Assembly: GCA_017530365.1 (NCBI GenBank)
Contig: JAFXMK010000034.1
Span: forward strand, 3,328-67,327
Direction of reading: 5' to 3'
From: Bacteroidales bacterium
Lineage (GTDB): Bacteria > Bacteroidota > Bacteroidia > Bacteroidales > F082
Length of the DNA: 64,000 nucleotides
In this document: one piece after another, positions 42,821 to 52,712 of the stretch
How positions within the stretch are numbered: the first letter of the stretch is position 1
Layout of the letters: the number at the start of each line of letters is the position of its first letter
Translations under genes and position numbers: made by a program
Notes under the pieces: model-generated
Told to the model about the DNA's origin: nothing
What the model saw: the letters and a program-made list of their open reading frames with translations, nothing else
Databases searched by the model: none

Positions 42821-45448
42821 ATGACAGAAAACAAAATAAAAGAAAACACCTTCAAGCCCAAACCGCAGCCGAAACAGGTCATAGAAGACTCCTTCGAGAC
42901 AAAGCAAGCTCCGGAAAAGAAGCAAGCTCTGGAGAAAAAAACAGAGAAACCCAAAAAAGAAAAGGCTGTCAAGGAGACAAAGGATCAAAAGGACAAGAAG
43001 CCGCACGCTTCCGATCCTAGAGTAAAATACATTGCTGGAGTCCTGGTGCTATGCCTCGCCTTCTTTCTCGCCATCTCCCTGCTTTCCTTCTTCGTCAGCT
43101 ACTTCAACGGCTCCTATCACGAGACGGGCGCCACCCTGTTCGGAAAGGCCATCCAATTTGACAACTTCACTGGCAAGTTCGGGTCATACCTCTCCCAAAT
43201 CCTTGTGAAAGAATCGTTCGGATTAGGCTCCATTTTCTTTGTATATCTTCTGACCATCATCGGACTTCGTCTTACCATTGGCCGCAGGATCAAGATGTGG
43301 AACGTATGGATTCACGCCATCATGCTGTTGGCATGGATCCCGCTGCTCTTTGGATTCATCAATTTCGCCGCACCCAACAAAGCTTGCGAGATTTTCGGCG
43401 GTGCCGTTGGGAAATTCCTGAATGCCAACATCTACAGCTTCATGGGCAAATCAGGAGTCATCCTTACCCTTGTCTTCGTGTTCCTGCTCTACCTGCTCTT
43501 CCAATTCAACCTGAACATCGACACCTTCAGGGAATGGCGCGAGAAGAGAGCCGAGCGCAGGGCCTTGAAACAACAACAGCAATTACAAAACCAATACGAA
43601 AATAACATTGATGTCGTTGATGACGGGTTTGGGGATGAAAACAACTTGAACAACAATGACAACTTTAACGACGATGACAACCATGACGAGGAGGATGAAA
43701 TCGACCCCAGTGATTTCGACGACGAAGAACTGCCTCCCATCACGGTGATTCACAGACCCGCTGAAAACACCGTCAGCGACAACAAGGACAAGCCAGAGAG
43801 CACCCCAACCAATACGACGTTGGAAGTCACCAATCCATCAGAAGACATCAAATTGGAAATCGAAGAGACACCCGACGAAAAGACGGTTAAGGACGGCAAA
43901 GAGCACCATACCATCGATATGCCTTTCGATCCTCATTATGAACTCAGCGACTATAAGTTCCCGACTCTCGACCTGCTCAACGATTATGGCGACAAACGCG
44001 CCGAGGTGAGCAACGAGGAGCTGGAGGCCAACAAGAACAAGATTGTAGAGACCTTGGGTAACTACGGCATCCAGATTGACAAGATCAAAGCCACCATCGG
44101 TCCTACTGTGACCCTATATGAGATCGTCCCTGCAGCAGGCGTCCGCATCTCCAAGATCAAGAATCTGGAAGACGACATCGCCTTGAGTCTGGCCGCCCTT
44201 GGCATCCGTATCATCGCCCCCATCCCGGGCAAGGGAACCATCGGTATCGAGGTGCCGAACAAGAAGCCCGAGACTGTCTCCATGCGCAGCGTGCTCGCCT
44301 CAGAGAAGTTCCAAAACAACAAGTTCGCACTGCCCTGCGCCATCGGCAAGACCATCTCCAACGAGACATACGTATTCGACCTTGCCAAGATGCCGCATAT
44401 CCTGATGGCTGGTGCCACAGGACAAGGTAAATCCGTTGGTTTGAACGCCATCATTGCCTCACTGCTCTACAGCAAGCACCCATCCGACCTGAAATTCATC
44501 ATGGTGGACCCGAAGAAGGTCGAGCTCACCCTTTACAACCGCATCGAGCGTCATTATCTGGCCAAGCTGCCCGATTCGGAGGATGCCATCATCACCGACG
44601 TGAAACAGGTGGTACGGACCCTCAACTCACTGTGCATCGAGATGGACCAGCGCTATGACCTCCTCAAGGCAGCCCAATGCCGCAACATCATCGAGTACAA
44701 CGAGAAGTTCAAGGCCCGCCGTCTGTTGCCCACCGAAGGCCACCACTATCTGCCTTACATCGTGCTGGTCGTTGATGAGTTTGCCGACCTTATCATGACA
44801 GCAGGCCGCGACGTAGAGGCTCCCATCGCACGACTGGCCCAATTGGCCCGTGCCATCGGCATCCACCTCATCATCGCCACCCAACGTCCTTCGGTCAACA
44901 TCATCACGGGCTCCATCAAGGCCAACTTCCCTGCCCGTATCGCCTTCCGCGTTATCTCCCAAGTCGATTCCAAGACCATCCTCGACCAAAGCGGTGCCAA
45001 CCAACTCATCGGACGTGGCGACATGCTACTCTCCACGGGCAACGACATGGTGCGTCTGCAATGCGCTTTTATCGACACACCCGAGGTGGAGGAAGTCACC
45101 AGCTTCATTGGCGAACAACGCGGCTTCAGCGAGCCTTTCCTGCTGCCTGAAGTGCCCGACGAAGGTGAAGGCGGCGGAGACGGCGACTTCGAGGACGGCG
45201 ACGAACGCGACAGCTTGTTTGAGGAAGCCGCACGCATCGTGGTACAGACCCAACAAGGATCCACTTCCATGATCCAACGCAAACTCAAGCTGGGTTACAA
45301 CCGCGCCGGCCGAATCATCGACCAACTGGAGGCCGCAGGCATCGTGGGACCGTTCTCTGGAAGCAAGTCCCGTGAGGTAAAAGTTGCCAACGAATTCGCT
45401 TTGGAACAGATTTTGAAGGATTTGGAGCTCAAAGACCAAGGAATATGA
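42821..45448 (+). CDS. ftsK: DNA translocase FtsK/SpoIIIE
   Basis: 875 aa. K/E-rich N-terminus, TM segments, an acidic low-complexity linker, Walker A MAGATGQGKSVGLN, the ATQRPSV motif, and a gamma-domain tail (STSMIQRKLKLGYNRAGRIIDQLE). Confidence 0.95.
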   Translation: MTENKIKENTFKPKPQPKQVIEDSFETKQAPEKKQALEKKTEKPKKEKAVKETKDQKDKKPHASDPRVKYIAGVLVLCLAFFLAISLLSFFVSYFNGSYHETGATLFGKAIQFDNFTGKFGSYLSQILVKESFGLGSIFFVYLLTIIGLRLTIGRRIKMWNVWIHAIMLLAWIPLLFGFINFAAPNKACEIFGGAVGKFLNANIYSFMGKSGVILTLVFVFLLYLLFQFNLNIDTFREWREKRAERRALKQQQQLQNQYENNIDVVDDGFGDENNLNNNDNFNDDDNHDEEDEIDPSDFDDEELPPITVIHRPAENTVSDNKDKPESTPTNTTLEVTNPSEDIKLEIEETPDEKTVKDGKEHHTIDMPFDPHYELSDYKFPTLDLLNDYGDKRAEVSNEELEANKNKIVETLGNYGIQIDKIKATIGPTVTLYEIVPAAGVRISKIKNLEDDIALSLAALGIRIIAPIPGKGTIGIEVPNKKPETVSMRSVLASEKFQNNKFALPCAIGKTISNETYVFDLAKMPHILMAGATGQGKSVGLNAIIASLLYSKHPSDLKFIMVDPKKVELTLYNRIERHYLAKLPDSEDAIITDVKQVVRTLNSLCIEMDQRYDLLKAAQCRNIIEYNEKFKARRLLPTEGHHYLPYIVLVVDEFADLIMTAGRDVEAPIARLAQLARAIGIHLIIATQRPSVNIITGSIKANFPARIAFRVISQVDSKTILDQSGANQLIGRGDMLLSTGNDMVRLQCAFIDTPEVEEVTSFIGEQRGFSEPFLLPEVPDEGEGGGDGDFEDGDERDSLFEEAARIVVQTQQGSTSMIQRKLKLGYNRAGRIIDQLEAAGIVGPFSGSKSREVKVANEFALEQILKDLELKDQGI

Positions 45449-45987
45449 AAAAGCAACTCACATTCATCGTAGCCTTCCTATTCACGATTGCCTCAGGCAC
45501 ATTGTTCGCACAGAACAACAGCGACGCCATCAAGAAGCTTGCACAATCCCTCCGTAATCACAAAAACCTGGAGGTAACCTTCACTTACCAGACCATCAGC
45601 GACGCTGCCAAACCAGAAGAGCCCAAGCAAGGCAAAGCTTATTTCCAGGACAATGCCTACAAATTGATCATGGAAGACCAGCACGCCATCTCCAACGGAA
45701 AGACAACGTGGCACTATATCGTTGAAGACAAGGAGGTGATGGTGGGCAATGCCGCTGAGGACGACACTCCCTACAAGATTCTCGACAACCTTGAAAGAGA
45801 TAGCTCCGGCCTCAATCCTGTCATCGACAAAAAGGGCAATCTCAAGAGCCTGGAGGTCGAAATCGACGAAGGAGTCAAAATGGCGCTGAACATCATTGAG
45901 ATGAAGTTCGACCAAGACTATCAGAAGGATTTCTTTACCTTTGACGAGAAAGCCTATCCCGAGGTGGACGTCATCGACATGAGATAG
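45445..45987 (+). CDS. lolA: LolA-like outer-membrane lipoprotein carrier/sorting protein
   Basis: 180 aa with a signal peptide. Its size and its position immediately after ftsK (4-nt overlap) are typical of LolA-family genes. Sequence similarity was not checked. Confidence 0.6.
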   Translation: MKKQLTFIVAFLFTIASGTLFAQNNSDAIKKLAQSLRNHKNLEVTFTYQTISDAAKPEEPKQGKAYFQDNAYKLIMEDQHAISNGKTTWHYIVEDKEVMVGNAAEDDTPYKILDNLERDSSGLNPVIDKKGNLKSLEVEIDEGVKMALNIIEMKFDQDYQKDFFTFDEKAYPEVDVIDMR

Positions 45988-46008
45988 TCACCAAACCGAG
46001 TGAGAGGC

Positions 46009-47304
46009 ATGTTCAAGAAGATCATCAACACCTTCGGCACCAAGATCACGGCAGCAGTCATCAACTTCCTGATTGCCGTACTCCTCTCACAAGTCCTGGG
46101 TGACACTGGCAAAGGCACACAAGCCCTGCTGCTGACCACCATCACATTTATCCTGATTTTTTCTGAAATCGTCTGTGGCGCCAGCATCATCTACCTTGCA
46201 CCACGGCATTCATTCAAGAAGATCTTGGTGGCCTCAACGGTTTGGGCTGCCCTCATCGCCGTGGTGATGGGCTTCGCCATTTGGATGTTCTATCCGAAAC
46301 TGGCTCCAAATCTAGTTGCGCATGTGGCCATCCTTTCGTTCATTTCCTCCCTCAGCAACATCAACTTCCGCTTTTTGGTCGGCAAAGAGGAAATCAAGAA
46401 AGCCAACTACAACACCTTGCTTCAACCCGTATTGTTGATCTTGACTTTAGCCGTCTATTATCTTCTGCTGAAAAAGAGCGATATCTACGGCTATATCATT
46501 GGACTATATGCCGCTTACGGAGGCACTTTCTTGTTAGGCGTTTGGATGCTGAGAAAGGAATACGCCAACCTCGGCAATGACAAAGACAAGGATTACAAAC
46601 CTGTTTTGAAAGACCTGTTCAAGTATGGTTTCCTCAATCAGACCGGTCACTTCGTACAGTTTTTCAACCTTCGCCTAAGCTATTATCTTTTAGACAAATA
46701 CATCAATGTTGGTCGCGTGGGGGTGTTCTCCAACGCCCTTTCTCTGGCCGAGGCCATCTGGATCATCAGCAACAGTATCGCCTTGGTGCAGTATGCCCGC
46801 ATCGCCAATGCCGACGACCGCAATTATGCCCAGAAACTCACGCTGGACCTGAACAAGATATGTTTGGTCGTATCCGCCTTTGCCATCATTGTGCTGTGTC
46901 TATTGCCCCCATCTGTCTACACCTTCGTTTTCGGGCCCGAATTCGGCGAGATGGCTGGCATCATCCGCATCCTCGCCCCAGGCGTACTGTTCTATTGCGT
47001 CTTCCTCATTCTTGGCCATTATTACTCAGGCATCGGACGCTATCAGATGAACACCTTCGCCGCCCTATGCGGATTGGCTGTCACCTGTATTCTCGGCTTT
47101 ACCCTGATACCTCGCTATGATGTCACAGGCGCCGCCATCACTTCAGCTGTCTCCTATACTGTCAACGCCATCTTCCTTTTCGTCTTCTTTATGAAAGAGT
47201 CACATTTCAAAGGCCACGACCTCATCCTGACCAAGACCGAAATACAAAACTATATTGCCGGACTAAAGCAACAATTCTCGAAACAACCTACTGACAATGA
47301 ATAA
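46009..47304 (+). CDS. polysaccharide/oligosaccharide flippase (MOP/Wzx-like) family membrane protein
   Basis: ORF 46000..47304 begins with GTG; I prefer the ATG at 46009 (MFKKIINTFGTK). It is polytopic and hydrophobic throughout, next to methyltransferase and glycosyltransferase genes. Confidence 0.75.
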   Translation: MFKKIINTFGTKITAAVINFLIAVLLSQVLGDTGKGTQALLLTTITFILIFSEIVCGASIIYLAPRHSFKKILVASTVWAALIAVVMGFAIWMFYPKLAPNLVAHVAILSFISSLSNINFRFLVGKEEIKKANYNTLLQPVLLILTLAVYYLLLKKSDIYGYIIGLYAAYGGTFLLGVWMLRKEYANLGNDKDKDYKPVLKDLFKYGFLNQTGHFVQFFNLRLSYYLLDKYINVGRVGVFSNALSLAEAIWIISNSIALVQYARIANADDRNYAQKLTLDLNKICLVVSAFAIIVLCLLPPSVYTFVFGPEFGEMAGIIRILAPGVLFYCVFLILGHYYSGIGRYQMNTFAALCGLAVTCILGFTLIPRYDVTGAAITSAVSYTVNAIFLFVFFMKESHFKGHDLILTKTEIQNYIAGLKQQFSKQPTDNE

Positions 47305-48109
47305 ACTAAAGAAATTCACCAAAGCCATCGGACGTATCATCAGGCATCCCTACTTGCTTAACCTCATCTTACAGGACGAAGGAAGCAACAAGGAAGATGT
47401 CGTCCGCAAATACGGACTTCAGGATGGTCTTCCCGTCATCGAAATCAACGAGTTGTTCCCCGATTTCGAAGAAATAGCCAAGCCATACGCCTATCTCTCC
47501 GGAGCCACTATGCCCATTGACATCGCCTTACTGAGAGCTTTGGCCAAGCGTTACGGTGTGCAGGAGTATTTCGAAATTGGCACTTGGCGCGGCGAGAGTG
47601 TGGCCAACATGGCCGACGTTGCCCAGCATTGCGTTACCTTCAACCTTCCTAAAGAAGACATCGTCAGACTTACCAACAACCAATTGTATGCCGACCTGCA
47701 CAGTTTCTTCAGCAAGGACCTGAACAACGTGGAACAGCTTTACGGCAACTCACAGACCTTCGATTTCGGACCTCATTTCGGCCAATACGATATGGTCTTC
47801 GTGGATGGAGACCACCATTATGAAAGTGTGAAAAAAGACACCGAAACCGCTTTCAAGCTTCTGAAGGGAGAACACAGCATCATCGTTTGGCATGACTATG
47901 GTCTCGACCCCGAAACCATACGCTGGGATGTGATGGGGGCCATCTTGGATGGCGCACCTGCAGAGAAGCGCAAACACATTTACCATATCTCCAACACCTT
48001 GTGTGCCGTATATCTGCCCGAGGACCTCAACACCCACAAGCTCGTCCCTTACGAAACGCCCCAAAAATACTTTGAGGTTGAAATCAGAACCAAAATACTG
48101 AACAACTGA
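47297..48109 (+). CDS. class I SAM-dependent methyltransferase (Methyltransf_24-like)
   Basis: 270 aa. Has EIGTWRGES and MVFVDGDHHYESVKKD. Confidence 0.7.
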   Translation: MNKLKKFTKAIGRIIRHPYLLNLILQDEGSNKEDVVRKYGLQDGLPVIEINELFPDFEEIAKPYAYLSGATMPIDIALLRALAKRYGVQEYFEIGTWRGESVANMADVAQHCVTFNLPKEDIVRLTNNQLYADLHSFFSKDLNNVEQLYGNSQTFDFGPHFGQYDMVFVDGDHHYESVKKDTETAFKLLKGEHSIIVWHDYGLDPETIRWDVMGAILDGAPAEKRKHIYHISNTLCAVYLPEDLNTHKLVPYETPQKYFEVEIRTKILNN

Positions 48110-48130
48110 ACAACTCCCAACTGAACAACT
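48098..48130 (+). repeat. AACTGAACAACT-type tandem repeat at the methyltransferase/glycosyltransferase junction
   Basis: CTGAACAACTGAACAACTCCCAACTGAACAACT, then AATG. It contains two copies of the 12-mer AACTGAACAACT also present twice at 17445..17490 (minus strand). Confidence 0.8.
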
Positions 48131-48131
48131 A

Positions 48132-49256
48132 ATGAATATCCTGCACCTATTAAGCTGGTTCCCCACTCCCGACGACCCCACTTTGGGCAACTTCTGCGTC
48201 CGTATGATCGATGCATTGCCTGAGGAATGCCATTCCGTCATCCTCTCCGTTTGCGACGGCAAAGACATGACGAAGTCCTTCGAGGTTAAAGAGATACAAG
48301 GGAAGCACCACACCCACGTGCAGATTTACATCCGTCCGCCAAAGATGAACGCTTTGCGTAAACTCAAGATGCTTCGGATGTACCAATATGGTCTCAACTA
48401 TATCAAAAAACGTTTCTTCAAGCCCGACCTGATTCATCTACATGTCGCCTATCCGCTTGGGCAAGTGGCATTGTTGTGGAAAAAGCTATACGGCTACAAT
48501 TATGTCATGACCGAGCACTGGACCATATACCAGCCACAAAACAAAGATGTCATGGTCGGGAAATTGAAGAAAAAGATCGTCAAGATCGCCAACAACGCCT
48601 CGCTCATCATGCCCGTCAGTCTCGACCTACAGCACTGCATGGAAGGCCATGGCATCCACAATCGTTTCCAGGTGATCTATAACCTTGTCAACACGGATAC
48701 TTTCAAGCTCGGGACTCCGCATCACACTGAAAAGAAACAGATGCTCCACATCTCCACGTTACGGGATGAGGCCAAGAATTTCAGCGGCATCTTGCGCGTC
48801 GTAGAAAGGCTATGGCAACAGCGCCAAGACTTCGAGCTTCATGTCATCCACGACTATGAAGCCCCCGAATTCAAGGCTTTCGTCAAGGATCACGACCTTT
48901 CGGACTGCGTCATCTTCCACGGCAAGAAGACCTCTGAAGAAGTGGCCCAAGCCTATCAAGAAGCCGATTTCTTTGTGCTGTTTTCCAACTTCGAGAACTT
49001 GCCTTGCGTCATCGTGGAGGCATTTGCAAGTGGAGTCCCCGTGTTATCATCCGCAGTTGGCGGCATTGCAGAGATCCTCTCGCCTGAGAGAGGCATCCTC
49101 ATTCCATCAGGTGACGAAGAAGCGTTGTTGCAAGGCATGAACACCATGCTCGACCATAGTCAAGACTACGATCGCCAAGCCATTCGCGACTATGCCATCA
49201 AAACTTTTTCAGCGGAAAAGATTGGGGAGGCTATTCTCCAACAGTATTCTTCATGA
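48132..49256 (+). CDS. glycosyltransferase family 4 (GT-B fold)
   Basis: 374 aa. The C-terminal block NFENLPCVIVEAFASGVPVLSSAVGGIAEIL carries the E-x7-E-type motif of GT4 enzymes. Confidence 0.85.
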   Translation: MNILHLLSWFPTPDDPTLGNFCVRMIDALPEECHSVILSVCDGKDMTKSFEVKEIQGKHHTHVQIYIRPPKMNALRKLKMLRMYQYGLNYIKKRFFKPDLIHLHVAYPLGQVALLWKKLYGYNYVMTEHWTIYQPQNKDVMVGKLKKKIVKIANNASLIMPVSLDLQHCMEGHGIHNRFQVIYNLVNTDTFKLGTPHHTEKKQMLHISTLRDEAKNFSGILRVVERLWQQRQDFELHVIHDYEAPEFKAFVKDHDLSDCVIFHGKKTSEEVAQAYQEADFFVLFSNFENLPCVIVEAFASGVPVLSSAVGGIAEILSPERGILIPSGDEEALLQGMNTMLDHSQDYDRQAIRDYAIKTFSAEKIGEAILQQYSS

Positions 49257-50016
49257 TACCGATCTTGGAGTTCTCGATAAAGTTCACGATGGTATCGAGA
49301 TCCTCCGATGCAGGCAGGTTTGCCTTGATGTGTTGTACGGCTTGTGAGACATTCATTCCCGCACTATAGATGACACGATACACATCTTGGATTGCGTTGA
49401 TGCGCTCTTTGGTGAAGCCCCTTCTACCTAAGCCAATGTAGTTCACCCCGGCGTAGGAAACTGGATATCCCGTACCCGTCTTGACAAACGGCGGAATGTC
49501 CTTGTTGATCATGGCGCCGCCTGAAATCATCACATGGGCGCCGATACGGCAGAACTGGCTCACCGCAGCCAAGCCGCCAAGGATAGCCCAATCTTCAACA
49601 ACGATATGCCCCGCCAAGGAGGCCACATTCGACATGATGACATGGTCGCCAAGATAACAGTCATGAGCCACATGGGTGAAAGCCATCAGCAGGCAATCCT
49701 TGCCAACGACTGTCTTGCCACTGGCTGCGGTGCCCTTGTTGACCGTAGCGGATTCGCGCACCGTCGTGCCATCGCCTATATAACAATAGGTGGTCTCACC
49801 CTTGTATTTCAAATCCTGTGGAATAGCCGAGATCACTGCACCAGGGAAAATCTTGCAGTTCTTTCCGATACGGGCGCCATCCATGATGGTGGCATTGGGA
49901 CCGATCCAAGTTCCGGAGCCGATTTCAACGTCTTCGCCAATCCAAGCGAACGGTTCAATTTTCACATCATCAGCAATACGGGCGTTCGGATGGATGTAGG
50001 CTAAAGGTTGATTCAT
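49231..50016 (-). CDS. lpxA: acyl-ACP--UDP-N-acetylglucosamine O-acyltransferase
   Basis: 261 aa. Hexapeptide repeats from the N-terminus (IHPNARIADDVKIEPFAWIGEDVEIG) and a helical C-terminal domain. Sits in the lpxD-lpxC-lpxA gene order. Confidence 0.9.
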   Translation of the reverse strand: MNQPLAYIHPNARIADDVKIEPFAWIGEDVEIGSGTWIGPNATIMDGARIGKNCKIFPGAVISAIPQDLKYKGETTYCYIGDGTTVRESATVNKGTAASGKTVVGKDCLLMAFTHVAHDCYLGDHVIMSNVASLAGHIVVEDWAILGGLAAVSQFCRIGAHVMISGGAMINKDIPPFVKTGTGYPVSYAGVNYIGLGRRGFTKERINAIQDVYRVIYSAGMNVSQAVQHIKANLPASEDLDTIVNFIENSKIGIMKNTVGE

Positions 50017-50028
50017 GGTCGTGATTTT

Positions 50029-50955
50029 TTATTCTTGTTGAAGCATGGCGTGTTTGATCTTTCTCGCGAAGGAGGTGTTGGAGAAATGACCGGGCTTGTA
50101 GGCAGTGACATGGCCTTTGATCGGTTTCCCCACCAAAGTCAGGTCACCGATGACATCCAGCAGTTTGTGGCGTGCCGGTTCATTTTCAAAATAAAGATCA
50201 ACGTTGTTCAAGATACCGCCTTCCTTCACGATGACTTTTGGCTTCTTGAAGAAAGCGGCAATATGGTCAAGCTCTTCGGAAGAGACGTTTTTATTAACAA
50301 ACACGATGGCATTCGTCAGGTCGCCGCCTTTGATAAGGTTACGGCTGAGAAGGGTTTCCAGTTCATGGAGGAACACAAAGGTACGGCAAGGAGCAATCTC
50401 GGACTCAAAGTCTTTCATATCATGCAGGTAGGCGCTTTGTTGGTCCAACACCTTTGTGTTGTATTTCACGGTAACGTCCACCTGGAAAGATTCGCAAGGC
50501 TCAATGGAGAGTTCAATACCCAGCACCTCATTACGGTAGCTGATGGGCTCCTTGATGACATAGTAGTCGCGCAAGGCTTTCTGCTGGACGATACCCGCCT
50601 CTTTGATCACCTTGACGAATTCCTTGCCGCTGCCGTCCATGATAGGCGTTTCTTCCACATCAATATCGATCAGGACATTGTCCACACCCATTCCCCTCAA
50701 GGAGGCCAGCACATGTTCAACGGTATATATCTTGACACCGCCTTTACCCAAGGTGGTACCTCTGGTAGTATCGATAACGTTATCGACATCAGCCTCAATA
50801 ATCGGCTGGTCTTCGAGATCAATGCGACGGAAGCGGATGCCCGTGTTGACAGGGGCCGGATTGAAAGTCAGGGTGCCGCATTGACGTGTGTGCAGCCCCG
50901 CTCCCGTGACACTGATTTTTCGTCTAAGAGTACACTGTTTTTCTTCCATAAACAA
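50029..50955 (-). CDS. lpxC: UDP-3-O-acyl-N-acetylglucosamine deacetylase (stand-alone, no FabZ domain)
   Basis: 308 aa. Has TGAGLHTRQ, TVEHVLASL, EETPIMDGSG and HKLLDVIGDLTLVGKPIKGHVTAYKPGH. The stop is 12 nt before the lpxA start. Confidence 0.9.
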   Translation of the reverse strand: MFMEEKQCTLRRKISVTGAGLHTRQCGTLTFNPAPVNTGIRFRRIDLEDQPIIEADVDNVIDTTRGTTLGKGGVKIYTVEHVLASLRGMGVDNVLIDIDVEETPIMDGSGKEFVKVIKEAGIVQQKALRDYYVIKEPISYRNEVLGIELSIEPCESFQVDVTVKYNTKVLDQQSAYLHDMKDFESEIAPCRTFVFLHELETLLSRNLIKGGDLTNAIVFVNKNVSSEELDHIAAFFKKPKVIVKEGGILNNVDLYFENEPARHKLLDVIGDLTLVGKPIKGHVTAYKPGHFSNTSFARKIKHAMLQQE

Positions 50956-51032
50956 CTAAACTTGAGCACATATTACCTCAAGAAAAACGGGCAAAGATAG
51001 AGATTATTTTTTTAAGTACAAAAAAAAATGCC

Positions 51033-52073
51033 TCAACGCTCGGATTTGAGTCTTTCTATCTCTTTTTCAAGGGCATCGAGCTTGCGTGCCATCTCGTCGA
51101 TATGGCGGAAACGGGCGTTGGAAACCAAGTATTGCCTTAAAGGTTGAATGGGGGTTCCCATGAATTCTTGGTTCTCTTCCTTGATGCTCCCCATGATACC
51201 ACATTGTCCACCGAACTTCGAGCCGTCGGCAATGTGCAGATGACCAACGAAACCCGATTGTCCACCGACCACACAATTCTTGCCAAGATGCGTTGATCCG
51301 CTGACCCCCACCTGGGCTGCCAAAGCGGAGTTCTCCCCCACTTCGACGTTATGTGCCAGATGGACAAGGTTATCGAGCTTCACCCCTTTATGGACCCGAG
51401 TGGAACCCATGGTGGAACGGTCGATCGTGGTATTGGCACCGATTTCCACATCATCGTCAATGACCACATTCCCCACTTGCGGAATCTTGTCATAATGACC
51501 GTCAGCTTGGGGTGCGAAGCCAAAGCCATCGGCACCGATCACGGCACCAGCGTGGATGATGCAGCGCTGACCCACCACCGTGTTGCGGTAAAGCCTGACT
51601 CCAGGGTACAGCGTGGTGTCGTCGCCGATTACGGAGCCATCACCAACATACACTTGGGGATAGATCTTCACATTATTGCCTATCTTGACATTCTCGCCTA
51701 GAAAGGCAAACTCGCCGACATAGACATTTTCACCGCATTGCGCACTCGAAGAGATGAATGCCATTGAGGAAATGCCTTTCTTATCTTGTGACATTTGATC
51801 GTAAAACGCCAACAGTTTCGCAAACGAAGCGTATGCGTCATCCACACGTATCAAAGTGGCTGAGACGGTCTTTTCAGCAACGAAACTGTTATTGACGATC
51901 ACCACAGAAGACCCCGTTTCGTAAATATATGGCGTGTATTTAGGATTGGCCAGGAAACTCAACATGCCGGGAGCACCTTCCTCGATTTTCGCGACATTCC
52001 ACACTTCCACGTTCGGGTCGCCTTCAACCGTACCACCCAACAATGCTGCAATTTGTAATGCTGTAAATTTCAT
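51033..52073 (-). CDS. lpxD: UDP-3-O-(3-hydroxyacyl)glucosamine N-acyltransferase
   Basis: 346 aa. N-terminal [20 protein letters not shown], an extended hexapeptide-repeat region and a coiled-coil tail. Confidence 0.9.
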   Translation of the reverse strand: MKFTALQIAALLGGTVEGDPNVEVWNVAKIEEGAPGMLSFLANPKYTPYIYETGSSVVIVNNSFVAEKTVSATLIRVDDAYASFAKLLAFYDQMSQDKKGISSMAFISSSAQCGENVYVGEFAFLGENVKIGNNVKIYPQVYVGDGSVIGDDTTLYPGVRLYRNTVVGQRCIIHAGAVIGADGFGFAPQADGHYDKIPQVGNVVIDDDVEIGANTTIDRSTMGSTRVHKGVKLDNLVHLAHNVEVGENSALAAQVGVSGSTHLGKNCVVGGQSGFVGHLHIADGSKFGGQCGIMGSIKEENQEFMGTPIQPLRQYLVSNARFRHIDEMARKLDALEKEIERLKSER

Positions 52074-52082
52074 GCTTTCAGA

Positions 52083-52601
52083 TCAGATTTCATTAAACTC
52101 TTTCTTCAACAAAGCGACGGCTTGGTCCACAAACGGATTGGGCAGCGCCACCAAAGCTTGCGCAATTAGAGCAACATCCGTGCCATCATCGGCTTTGTCG
52201 AAAGTTGTGTTGATTTGTCCCACTAATTCCTCTTTGGCACGACTCACGGCATCCCATACCTCTGGAGACACATAGAGCTGTTGTGCCATATTATGTTCAA
52301 ACTCATTTTCCACACTCTGAAGAAGCGAAATGTGAAAGACATCTTTTGTGGCACCTGGAGTATAGACCCTCTTGACCAACACTGGGAGCTGGGAACGTTC
52401 CAGAAAGAGCAGGAAACGCTCGCAAGCCTGAATCCGCAATGGCGTCACCATCTTCATGGTAGCGATACGTATCTCCGACTTGGCCTTAAGTTTCAATTCC
52501 CATTCTTTCAGTTTATAATTCCGATAAGTAACGAAGACCATAACGGCAAGCAACAGCGCGATTATGATCAATACAACCTCAAGAAACAGATTCATTTTCA
52601 C
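52083..52601 (-). CDS. membrane-anchored hypothetical protein
   Basis: 172 aa with an N-terminal TM helix (LFLEVVLIIIALLLAVMVFV). It is co-directional with lpxD, 9 nt upstream. No motif recognised. Confidence 0.5.
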   Translation of the reverse strand: MKMNLFLEVVLIIIALLLAVMVFVTYRNYKLKEWELKLKAKSEIRIATMKMVTPLRIQACERFLLFLERSQLPVLVKRVYTPGATKDVFHISLLQSVENEFEHNMAQQLYVSPEVWDAVSRAKEELVGQINTTFDKADDGTDVALIAQALVALPNPFVDQAVALLKKEFNEI

Positions 52602-52612
52602 TGAATTTTTCG

Positions 52613-52620
52613 CAAAGGTA
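52613..52620 (-). promoter_or_regulatory. -7 box TACCTTTG for the lpx operon
   Basis: Plus-strand CAAAGGTA, 12 nt upstream of the ATG at 52601. Confidence 0.45.
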
Positions 52621-52662
52621 CAAAAGAATTAAGAATTTGGAATTTAGAAATAAGAATTATCG

Positions 52663-52670
52663 TAATTTTG
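52663..52670 (+). promoter_or_regulatory. -7 box TAATTTTG for the aspartate-aminotransferase-like gene
   Basis: Matches TAnnTTTG, 43 nt upstream of the ATG at 52713. Confidence 0.5.
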
Positions 52671-52712
52671 CATCCTTAAATCTTGAAATCATTAAATTTT
52701 AAATAAAGAATC

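Noticed and set aside
43560-43740. Asn/Asp-rich low-complexity tract in FtsK (NNLNNNDNFNDDDNHDEEDEIDPSDFDDEE).
   Set aside because: FtsK proteins typically carry a variable, low-complexity linker between the membrane and motor domains, so this is expected.
49231-49256. 26-nt convergent overlap of the 3' ends of the GT4 glycosyltransferase and lpxA.
   Set aside because: Convergent 3' overlaps of this size are common in compact genomes. Both reading frames end in family-typical sequence, so nothing suggests a frameshift or mis-assembly.
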